From NCBI GenBank assembly GCA_964252035.1, contig OZ176200.1: 64,000 nt of DNA, one strand, 5' to 3'. The DNA comes from Podarcis erhardii. Lineage: Eukaryota. The number at the start of each line of letters is the position of its first letter. Within the stretch, counting starts at the first letter, position 1. A program made the translations under genes and the position numbers. Below are positions 29,001 to 41,544 of the stretch, piece after piece. The notes under the pieces were generated by a model, which was not told where the DNA came from, did not search any database, and saw only the letters and a list, made by a program, of their open reading frames with translations.

Positions 29001-32000
29001 CCCACAGCCTGTTCAGCTTAGCTTGTTCACATTTCAGTCATTTACTTGGACCCCTCAGTGTTTACTTGGACCCCTCAGTGTTTACTTGGACCCCTCAGTG
29101 TGTATCTGAAGAAGTGTGCATGCACACGAAAGCTCATACCTAGAACTAACTTAGTTGGTCTTTAAGGTGCTACTGGAAGGATTTTTTTTATTTTATTTTG
29201 ACTATGGCAGACCAACACGGCTACCTATCTGTAACCCTCAGTGTTCATTTGTGTATGCAGTGTAGACTTTGGATCTCTAAATTCATGTGTCCCAATTCGA
29301 AAAGAAGGCCAAGAATGAGCAAAAAGTATGCTTGAGAACGCCTACAATAATCATTGTCAGTTGGGTAAAGAAAGGAGAAGAAGAGTGAGAATACATAATT
29401 ACCTGTAGTATCTCAGTGGTTTCATTCATGTTGATTATGCATGCGTTCTGGACACACTTTCCACAACACTCCCCAGCTTCTACCTGGTACTCGTAACCCT
29501 GTTTGGCAGACAGGAAAAGTTAACCATGCATGATACATGTGGAAGAGGCAGCCACCTGCAATGATTAAGCCTGCAATCCTAACCCCACTTACCTTGGGAA
29601 AAGACCACTGAATTCAATAGCACTTACTTGTGTACAGACATAAGTTAGGATTGTTCTGTTGGGAAAGAAGCAGTAATAGGGGAAATAAAGATTTGTGCTT
29701 ACCTCTTGGCAATCCTTATCACACGTAACTGGTTGACATTTTACAAGATTTGTATTGGAGTCTGGGTCCTTTTCAGAGCTGCAGACACACGTTTCACAAG
29801 GCTTGCTAGGAACAGGCATTTCAGCCTGGGAAAAGTCAAAGAATAGCAGTTGTATTTATAAACAGAGTGTATAAAGCAACTTTGTGAACCAAATATCAAA
29901 TTCTTTTTAAAGATTTCTAACATACAAAATGTTTTCAACTCTTTTATAAGAACTCCATTAATATTCTAAATAAGCAATCAGGGAACAGAAAAACGATGAA
30001 TGATAGCAACTTATCCAAGGCCACCAAGTGGGTTCAGAAACGAGCAAATATTTGAAGCCACGTTTCTAAGAATCCAAGATACTTCTGTGGAAACATCCTT
30101 GATTTTTAAGCTGAGTATTAATTCCTGTTTTATATTGCAACTGTGTTTGCCATGGTTACACCAATATTATATTTGCATTTTCCTAAGTAAACGTGTAAAG
30201 TGTAAGAAGAAATATATGTCTAATAGGGTTGCCAGCTTCTTAACCAACCTCAGCTGCTGTGTTTAACAGCCATGTGATCTAGAGAGATAAGAAGGTATAA
30301 TGTTCATTTCCATGCTGTGAAAAGTTTCAGCTGTTAATTTTCTAAAGTCAAGCTGCTGTTAATTTTTGAAAGTCAAGCTGCTGCACCAGAGCAGGTCAGG
30401 TGTTTTTCTAGATATTTGGCAAACCTAACCTAAACTTGCAGTGGCCATTCCTTGGCATGCATCCTTGAGTATTTTGTAATGTGGTTCTGACTTTCACACA
30501 TGAGATGTTTACTGTGGGAAATGTTGATATAGTCCCCATGCAACTCAAGAAAAATATGATTGTGAAGCAGCACACTCATATCATGATTCATGATATATTG
30601 CGAGGTCAAAAATTATGAAACAATATCACAATATGGATTTCAAGCCAGTCTGGGTTGATATATTTATATATTGCCCAGCCATACCCAGGATCCACATGAC
30701 ATTGTCATCAACATATCAACCCATATTCCCCCCATCTTTAATTCAGATTTACTTTTTCCAGAGAAACTCTGCTAGGTTAAAAAAATGTTGCCAATGACCC
30801 ATTTGCGATATCTCAACAACCCATTCCTAATATTAAGCTCCTGTCTAAATGCATCCCAAAACTACCCATTATTAGAAGGCAGAAAACAGTGGCTTGAGTT
30901 GCCTCAATGAATTGCTTTTCATCTGGCAGAAATATCTGCCCAATGTCAAACATTTTCCATAGTTAATGAAGCGGGTGTCCATTTGAAATGGCCATTTAGA
31001 AACTTCCCTGTCTGGACACTTAAGTATAGATGGTTTAAATAATTTAGAATGATTTGCACTTTTACTCAAAAAATGCTTGCTTGGGAAGTTCCCCTCCCCC
31101 ACCCTCTGTAGTATTCTAATATGGCCTCAAGTTCAAATTCATAACTTTAAATTTTACATTTTATTTTGCACCTTCCCCAACCTACTAGAGCGCTCAAAGC
31201 CGCTTACGAAGGAACATTTTAAACAGTCATAATCATAAAAAAGCCAATAAAACAGTACAGTAAGTTGATTTGTTTGGCCCCCTAGTGGCCAAAAGGTGAA
31301 AGGGTTTTTTGAGCGGGAAATTGGAACTGAGCACGTTTTGAGGCCTGTGTTCCGGAGAGCAGTTCCAAGATGCCACAGGCCAAAAACAGCAAAACCCCCA
31401 AATAAAACCGGTTATTGTTCATCTCACTGGCATATATACATTATGCTGGTGATGAAGGCCTACTGGATACATCAGTCTCCCTGAGCGCTGCATACTTTGT
31501 AAGCAGAAGTTTGACTGGAAAAATGGTTGCTTTTGGGATGATGCAGCCAACTCAACAGCACAGCAGTCAGTGAAGATTTGCACATGCAAATCATTGCATG
31601 GTTTAGGCAGGGAGGCGCAAGTCGTGGCCCTCTAGGTGTTGGGCTCCAACTTCCCCCAGCCCCAGTCAGCATGCCCAATGGCCAGTGAGGGTGACAGGCA
31701 AGGATTTTTTTTCAGCTGGAACTTGCCGGAACTCCGTTCTAGCTCCTCTCAGGTGGGTGCCATTGCCATTTTCCTCCTCTGGAACACCCTCCTCAGGAAA
31801 GCTCAGGAAAGCACTGACTTCAATGTCTTTTTGTACGAAGCCAAAGTAACCTTCTTTTATCTCCCCAGAACCTTATGGTGTTTTATATTATGTGGTTTTA
31901 ACATCCGTTCTTATTGTTGTCTGGTGGTTCTGCCATTTCACGTTTCTTTTTGGTTGTTTTTAGCTACTCTTGAGAACCTTCACAGTTGAAAGGTATAATA

Positions 32001-35000
32001 AATATGTCTGAAAATCAGTATATAAAAAAAAGCATGCTCAAACAGCATTGCTTTGACTTGACAGGTACCCCTTTAAATTAATTTCAAAGTCCGGCTGCTG
32101 CTGCTACTGCTGCTGCTACAGTCTCTGCCTACGACTGAAAAGGGAACAATAGAAAAGAAGGATTTTAATCTGTGTACATAGTATATGTAGACATAAAACT
32201 CGCATTCTTACCCTGTAAACTGTTCCATTGACAAGACAGACATCTGGGATTGGTACTGAAAACAGAAACAGACAATTACTTTAAAATATGGTGGGGAAAT
32301 TATGTTTATAAGGTCCATTCCTGAATCCTCATCCCCCTAAGCTTTCTTCATTTCACCTGCCTAAATTAAATGGGTGGGGGATCAATTTGATGTTGCTATT
32401 GTTTCACAGCTGGGAGGCAGGTATCCTTGCTGATCTAGTGCAGATCAACCAGAGATCTACATCCACCTTTTGCTGACTCCAGCTTTAAATATGGTAACTT
32501 ATCTGACAGGGAAACTCTTTGAAAAAGATTGGGGGGGGGGGAGAGGAGAGTAAGGTGATACCTCATTGCTCACTTGACTGTTGGATATAATCCTTTCTGT
32601 GCAAAAGTGAAAGGAGATACATGAACACTTTGCGTTCTTAAAAGGCCTGCCCTTCTCTGTATTTATTTATTGCCACTCCTTATTATTTATATATCACCTT
32701 GCCTCCAAGGAGCTTAAGGCAATGTACGTAGTTCCTCCCTCCCACCACACACACACACACACACACACACAAACTTTTACCATCACAACAATCCTGTGAA
32801 ATGGATTCAGGTGAGAGATAAATCTGTAAAGCACACTTGAAACATGTTCTTTCCCTCAGGGAATGTTAGGCACTGTGGTTTATTAAAGGTTGCCAGGAAT
32901 TTTAACTACGAGGGGTAAACTACAGTGGCCAGAGTTCTTTTGGAGGAAATAATGTGTTTCAAATGTGCTTTATATGTATTTTGTGTACACAGTGACTGGC
33001 CCGAAGTTACTCAATGAGCTTTGCGGCCTAATGGAGTTTTGAAGATGAGTTTCTCCAGCTTTTAGTCCGACACTAGTCCAAGGTGGCTTTGAAGTGTAGT
33101 GCATACTGTTTGACATTGCACTCCAGAATGTGTCTTCAGTTTCCAAAATGTTTTCATGGCAACATTTTTGTTTGTTTGTTTTAAGGAGGGGAGTGTGGAA
33201 TGCTTCCACTGTACGTAAATTATGTCTGGGTTCAGCCTAACTTGATGTTTTAATCTCTCTCATCTACTTTCTCTCTCTACATGTCAGAATGCTAGCACTT
33301 ACTACAGGGAAAGCTGACACAGCAGTCTCCTTCAAGCAGGACTGGGGTTGCTTCGTATCCAAGTTCACAAGGTTTCTTTTCGTTGGAGCAGGTAGTAGTA
33401 TTGCATTCTGTGGAATAATCAGAAAACATAACAGAGCTGAAGAAGCAAGTCTAGCACCCCAGCCTTAAATGTTTAGACCAGCAAATATTCCTGTGGTGCT
33501 AGGACAATAATCCTATTCAGTATCATGACTGGTGGGTGAGAGCGTACTGGGGTGGGGTAGGTATGCACGAGGAAGACCGGCATGGCCCCCTCCATCAGCC
33601 AGAGAAAAAACAGCTGAAGGAGGTTTGACACATACATACCCACTCACCGCCCAACACGTCACACGCTAGTATTGTAGAGCTGAAGGACAGCATACTCCAG
33701 GGCATTAAAAGCTGCTAGCAGTTTACTCCCCTTGCCTCCCAAGCTGGCCATTGTGGCAAGTGGGAGACCTAGCCAATCCCCACCCATCCACCATCCACAA
33801 TAAGCTTGTTTCACCCCTCCAGGCTAAAAAGAACAGTAAGATCCAAGGTCTGAGTATGCCTCCCCCCCCCCCCCGCCCACCGCTTCCTTTCCCTCTCATG
33901 CCAGGTCTGTTATATGTCAAGACCTAGGACAGGGACTGTCTTATTACTGATCATTGTAAATTTTGCTGCAAGCCTTTTTCTGGCTAACAGGTGGACTAAA
34001 AATGCATTAAATAAATAAATACATTTCAGAATTGACTTAGCTTGCCTTCAGATCATATTGTAAAGGAGGGAAAGGAGACTAGCACATCTCCTGTTTCTGA
34101 CAAGTCCTCCAGTCCTAAGCAGATTTCTGTCAAAAATTCCTACTAAGGTTGAAGGACATACTGCTAAGTTAATGTATGTAGGATTGCAGGTTAATTGTAG
34201 TAAAGCTCTTTTGACTATATGGTGAGCAAAGCAAAGCATCCAAACCCAGAGATTTAACTCTTTATCTGCCTGTCAGTCCCCATATGACAAGAGAAAATTG
34301 TTTTTGTGTGTGTATTTTTTACAGATTGCTCTGTGTGGTTATTTACTATAGAGATAATTAGTTGGAATAGAATTGTGCAACTGATGTTACCTGCCAACAT
34401 GTAATGCTGTCTGGATGTCTGTGTTTCCCCCTCAACCAAAGCAACAGTAACCATAATAGCACAAATTGTTTCATCAACAGAGGGCAGAATTGGATTGATT
34501 GGCATTGGCTATCAATAAATAATACATGCAAATACGTACTGCATTGAAGTTCTGGACAGCACGGGTCTTTTGGTGTCAGCACAGGGACAGGCACAAACCC
34601 TTCTTTCTCACATTTGGGTGGTTCCGATGACACACAGGTCTGTGGCTTGCACTGGACGCTCTCAGTCAATGGGTCACAAATACACTCTTGACAGTTGCTC
34701 TTCCATGAGGAGCCAGGCTATATGAAAAAGAAAGCAAATCAGTTAACACTGTGTGGCAGCAATGAAACCTATCATCATCTGCTTACTTGTCAATTATTGG
34801 ACCTTAAGCTTTCTTTAGAAGGGGCACCTAGTTGATCTTAAGTTTCCTGTAATATCAAACTTACGGTAACTGTGCAATAAGCTTTGGACCAGAGCCATAC
34901 AATACAACTTGAAGGTGCTTCTTAAGGATTGTTTCCACCACCCCACAAATGGCTATAAAAAGACTTCCTTAAATTATAAGATACAGAAAGTTATGCTGAA

Positions 35001-38000
35001 CCAGGGAGATGCACATATATAGCTTTGGTTCTATATGTGCCTTAGGCATGGCCTTCTGAGTCCTCTGAAAGTCTTGTTGGTCTTCTTCTGAAACCCAAGC
35101 AAAGTACTTACGATGGAGACCACAACCTCTATCAGCTATTTTAATTTCCATCACTTCCATCAAAGTCTTTCTTTGAGATCACAGAGTGTTGCATTAGATG
35201 TTAGTCCTACTCAGAATAGACCCATTGAAATTGATGGACATGACTAAGTTTGGCCCATTAATATTAGTGTGTCTAATCTGATGTTTCAAAGGCTTCAGGG
35301 GACAACTGGTGTACCTCTCAATCCAAAGGGGGCTGGAAAGTGTGCTGTACAATCCATCTGACAGCTATAGAGCCCAGGAGAGGCTGGTATTTCAGACTAT
35401 GTCTGCTTCTCCTTCAGAAGCACTTCTATGTTTCTGACCAGCTCACTATTTCTGCATGTTGATAATAATTATCTCGATCTACTGGTACATGCCAGTTATG
35501 CATACCAAAACTACAAATCTTCTTGCTACAAAGAAAAATTTCAATGACTTCTATTGCTTTCTTGTGGTTATTCTCCAACACACACACACACACACACACA
35601 CACGGTATATAACAATAACAAGAAACTAAATTAAATAAAATATTGTGAATTCTCTCCCTCCCCACATGACTTTACCCTCCCTCCTAAAATCTGAAATGAT
35701 CTCCGACTCCTACTACAATATAAAATGATGCCCTTGTCTGGTAAAGCAGAAGTTTAGCACTAATAATAACAGTTTGCCGCCTTGTGAATGTATGTGCAGG
35801 GGTGCAGGGTGTTGCAGTCATAGTGGGTCCAATTATTAGTCCCTTGTCAGTTCTGGATGATTCTCTATGTTGCCTGTGTATAGGCAACGGTCTAGGCATA
35901 ATTTTTCCAAGTGAAATACTCACTGGTTTGGGCAATCCGTCTGGTCCCACGCAGCCTGGAAATAAATAAAGGCATAAGAATTCATACAGATCCCTTATAT
36001 TCTATAAACATGTAAACTGCCTTAATTTTAACACAAGTTTCCTGTAGCCATTATTATGCAGCTTTTCCCAGCTAAGTAACTAGTTTATACAGAGAATTTC
36101 ACCACATGCTGAATTTTTACAGGATTCTTCCTGGGTTGTTCTTTAAAAACATACCTCCATACAGTATAATAAAAATACAGGCATAACAATACTGTATTAA
36201 CCACATAGTAGTAAAACTTAATTTCATCACATGGAACGGAGCATTTATGTGTAACCACAGAAGGAAATGGATGCTGAGGATTCCATAGCATCCTGCATTC
36301 TATTTTGAGTTTACAGACATAATTTGAAATTACAGAAAGACATGCAAATGTTAGAAAAAGCTAAAGTTACCCTTGTGTTATTTAGGCCCTAATTATACAC
36401 ATGCACACACCTCTGAGCAGATAAGTAGAGGATTGCCCTTCCACATACCACCTCTAATGAGCTTCATAAGCTGTTTATTAGGGGCAACAGACCAGAAATA
36501 AACCATACAGGACAAGCGTAGCATAGTAACAGCAGCTTAGAAAATAGAAACTAGCAAATATACAAAATAGCAAATAGCTTCAGGTAAGCCCCTGGAAATA
36601 ATCCTTCCAGCTTTGGGTGGTTAACTGACTTCTTATTGTCACAGCCACCAACAGAAATTTGACTGCTGTCTTTAAAACTTGTGGGATTTTATCTCCCAGC
36701 AAATGTTTAACATAGAATTGAGTTGACCTTCCTGGTAATTTGGCCAGTAAAGGGCCAATCATTTGCTGATGAACTCCAACACCTTTAATTATGCATCTGC
36801 TTTTGGTTTAAATTGACATAATTGCCAATCAGGAATAGAGAAACTTACCACATGTTTTGACACAGATATCCGTGTATGTATTGAAGAGGATTTTGTCCTC
36901 TGGGCAGAAGCATCCTTCAGCAACATGCTCACTTGTATCTTTGGTTGGTCTGCAAGGAAAAGAAGAGCAGATAATATTATTTCCAGTTCTGTAATCAAAC
37001 AGTTTAATAGCTTCAATGCTCACCTTCGTAAAAACACTATTTTTCTAAGGGATTACAATATTTAAATGCAAAAGAAAATTGGCGCTTTCCTAAGAAGTAA
37101 ATAAATACTGGAGCCATTCACTATAGATGGCATAATAAGAGACAACAGGTTAATTGCAACAGTTTATGTTAAGAGTAAGAATTGTGTGTTGGGAATCCGG
37201 TCAGCACAATTATTTGCATGTCTACTCAGAAATAAGTTTTTCAGGTCAATGGCACTTACTCTCAAGTAAGTGTGCATATGGTTGCAGATTAACAGCACAC
37301 ACTGAACCACTTGGGTCAAAAGTACTGTAGGCTGAATCTGGCCTATGGGCTGTCACTTCTCCACCCCCAATTTAAACCAGTGAAAGCTAGTCTGCCAGGC
37401 CACTGTGCTCAAGCTGTAAACACTACACTAGAAGGAAGAAATATTTGAAAGGATCTTTCTTAATCTATTTACAGTGGTACTTCGGGTTACATACGCTTCA
37501 GGTTACAGACTCCGCTAACCCAGAAATAGTACCTCGGGTTAAGGATAAGAACAGAAATCGTGCTCCGGCGGCGCGGCAGCAGCAGGAGGCCCCATTAGCT
37601 AAAGTGGTGCTTCAGGTTAAGAACGGTTTCAGGTTAAGAATGGACCTCCGGAACGAATTAAGTACTTAATCCGAGGTACCACTGTACAATGCTATCCAAT
37701 TGCACTATGCATGGTATCAGGGTTGAAACAGAATCCCTTTTTTGAGCTAAGAACAAGGTAATGCGGAATAGTTATCCTGGCTTTAAACTCTTTTCACTTG
37801 CTCTGCTTTACTTAATTTGGGACGGACCCCACCTTTTAACACCCTTGACTTAAGGTAACCAAGCTGAATAGAGAGAGTTAAAGCTAGAATAACTACTCAA
37901 CATTACCATGATTTATGGTATCAGGTAAGCATGCTAATCCATTTATGTGGCCTATGCAGTATTTGTACTCTTGCCTCATTAATTTGTGCAGAGTACAAGC

Positions 38001-39898
38001 GAGTATGTGATTCCAGGGTAGACGCGTTTAGCACCAAACATTAGAATTACCATGCCCTGGATTAGCCATAGGGATAGGGCCTGGAGAACCTGAAAAGGTT
38101 TATGGTGCCCTGGAGGACTGACTGGATCTTGAAAACATCCTTGTAAAATGAGTAGAGTTGAAAGACCAAGGCAGGGACTTCTGTGGTGGGAACTGCTCAG
38201 GCTCTGGCAGGTTTAAAGTATCTACCAGCAAAGAATGCAGTTTAACCAGGGTCAAAAACCTGAAGCTGGCAATCATAATTATTTTGGGAGGAATTGACAT
38301 GGAATTAATGACCATAAAAATAGATAAGAATGCATTTTTTAAAACAAATCCTATTAATTAATGCAACATTCCCCTAATAATTAACACATCAACTATCCGC
38401 TGCTGCCATACTTGGGACGATACTAACTAATTAAAGATCTTCATATAAAGATCATTTTCTAGCAAGTCATATACATATTTCATATTTGTCTCTTATTCAA
38501 AGATACAAAAGTGCAGCCATTAGCATTCAGAGAGCTAATTATTTAGTTAATACATACCCATCATCACAGGTGACAGGGTGAATGGGGCCACATGCATTGT
38601 ACACCTTGTCTTTGGGGCAGTGGTATGCTGTATATAAGAGAATAAAATGTGTCATTAAAAAGCAGAATGACTCCAACATGAGGCAGAACTATGTATTACA
38701 TGTTGTCATATTATGTTTTTTCCCATTAGCTTTTTTAAAAATCACATAAAGCATCTATGGTTGGCATCAGATTGAATGAAGGAGTGGCGTTTGCCAAGGC
38801 AAGGCACACCCACACCCAGAGGACTGTTGTAAGCCCCAGTGCATGCTCAATCCTGACCAACAAATGGAAATATCCATAGCTGAGAACATGGATTCAATAC
38901 AGACATCCACAGATGGATTCTAATCCAGTGGAGAGAACCTTTTGGTGGAAAGAGAGGGAGGCAACGTTTGCCAGTTCCCCCATCCTCTTGCAGTGCCACC
39001 TCCCATGTTGATCTGGAGGATCCTCCAACCATCTGGAGCAGTTTCAGAGGTTGCAATGGGCTTCAGGGAGATGGAGCAATTAGCAAAAGTCAACTTCCCT
39101 TCCCTTCTGGATTCAACCCACTATGAAGTACAGAAGCTGAAATCTTAATTCTTGTGAAAAAAAGACAAAGACTGAGGGAAACAAACATGCAACTGAAGTT
39201 AGAACATGCTATTGTTCAGTTTGCATTGATTACTATTCATCTGCTGACACCGTTTTGAATGGTTGATTGATTGGTTCACTCAGCTATTATTGCTCTACGG
39301 TAAATTGTTGCTCACTTTAGGATAAGCGAAAATACGTTGTCTTCCACTTACGGCATTTTCCTAGCGTCATGTTCCTCCAGTCAGTACAAACCCCTTTAGC
39401 TATGCAGAGGGAAGCATATATCTCCAAATTGTAGCAAGGCACAGAATCATTGGAAGACTGACAGGCTTCAAGGAGGCAGTCTTCATAGTATATTCTGGGA
39501 GGCAGAACCTTATGGCATTCTTCAAAGACACTTCAAATTCAAAAGAATACATGGTTGAACTATGGCTCATAAATATTGCAATGTCCCCTTGCCACCCCAT
39601 TTTCAGTATGAAACTGTGACTGAAAGGATAATATTCTTAGCAAATATGTACAGTACATTTCACAATGATATCAATTCTAGAAAGATCAGCTTTGTATTAC
39701 TATGGAAGTAAAAATCCTACAGTGTTGCAATGTTACAGCTCTTTATGGTATATGAGGTAGCCGAGATGCCTTGAAGATACTAAAACAATGCCATGCTTAT
39801 TGTTGGATGAATCTTAAGTTCTTTGTATACTGTGTTAGTTTTATGATGTTAGCCACCCTGAGCCTGGCTCTGGCTGGGGAGGGCGGGGTACAAATAAA

Positions 39899-39949
<51 letters not shown>

Positions 39950-41506
39950 CTGTGAAATATAAGAACAATAAAGGAAAAAGGGTGTTATCTATCCCTAGAA
40001 AACATTTCTGATGTCCTGGCAGTAGATAAAAACATAAAAATATAAGGTGAAAAGCCCTGCTGGAGCAGACCAAAGCTCTATCTTTCTAGACCTGTGGTCA
40101 ACCAGTGTTTTATGCCCTGCCCACAAGTTGGACAGATGAGGTCATGTGCACAATGTCTTGGTAATTATTTTATGTTCCTATGTGTTCATCAGAAGTGGGG
40201 TTTTTAAAAAAATTAAGTTGTCAAAGCGATAGCTTGCTCTGCAGGATCTAACAGCTGAAGCATTTGTAAAGGCTGTGTTGAACTTACTCGCTCACAATCA
40301 GCTCGCACAGAGGAGATGGAGTGGTGCAGGGTGTTGGTGCTGGTGTTGTCGTTCTTGGCTCATGCGGTGTTGTTGTCGGAGGTGATGTTGTTGGCACTCC
40401 ATAGCAATGGGGCTTGTTTTTATCGTAAGTCTTCCAGTAGCTGGCCATTTCTGAGCAAGAGAAAGCTTCATGGCCGTTGGGGAGGCGGCAGTCATCTGTC
40501 TTGTCATTTGAACATACCCCTAGGAGGGAGAAAGGGTCGCATCGTAAGTGTGCTGAATATGCAGTATACATTAATGTCACTCTGAATGACACTGAAATAA
40601 CAAAGCGGACTTCCTAATTGAAAAAGCCATTGTTGCTATCATAAAGTGTACCTTATATGCATATTCTGTTTCCTACTCTTCAGTATGGATATATTAGTCA
40701 AACCCAGGCTTCCTCAACCTCAGCTCTCCAGATGTTTTGAGACTACAATTCCCATCACCCCTGACCACTGGTCCTGCTAGCTAGGGATCATGGGAGTTGT
40801 AAGCCAAAAACGTCTGGAAGGCCGAGGTTGAGGAAGCCTGGTCAAACCATAGGTCCACCAAGCCCGGTTAGGTCTACTCTGATGGGCAGCAGTTCTTTCT
40901 TCATCCTAAGAACTTTCAGATGTAGATACCAGGAACTGGACCTGGGATGGTCTAACACCACACACATGTGTTCAGTCATGGAGCTGTGGCCCCTCCCCCC
41001 AATGGTTAAAATTTCTTTATTGCTTTTCTAATGCTCCACATCTTCCTATGTAAAGAAATTTGTTTTAAAGGAATAACATTGTGAAAAAGGATTTGAATGG
41101 TTGGGGATGCTTTGATCCCTTTACTTACCACATTGCCCCTCTGTGTTATGCTGAAATAGGTCAAAGGGGAGTTTTATTGAGAAAGTGAGCCCGTTGAAAG
41201 ATATAAAAGCTTGGAGTGCAGGGATTTCGACACTCATGACAGTACCAGTACTGGTGACAGAAATACCATATTTGGTGAAATCTCCATTGACCGGCTCATG
41301 GTTGAAAAAAATCTGAAACAGCAGCACAAAAGAGGCAAAAGAATATAAATCTGGAGGATTCAGAGTCTTGAAGAGCACTTGAGGGCAATCAGTCCTGGAC
41401 ATGCTGATATTTCCTAGCTGCCTGTTTTTATACTACTTTTAATACTTCAAGGATTATTTTACTGTGTTATTGTATTTAATTAAAAACAGTAAGCCATAGT
41501 TTTTAA

Positions 41507-41544
<38 letters not shown>

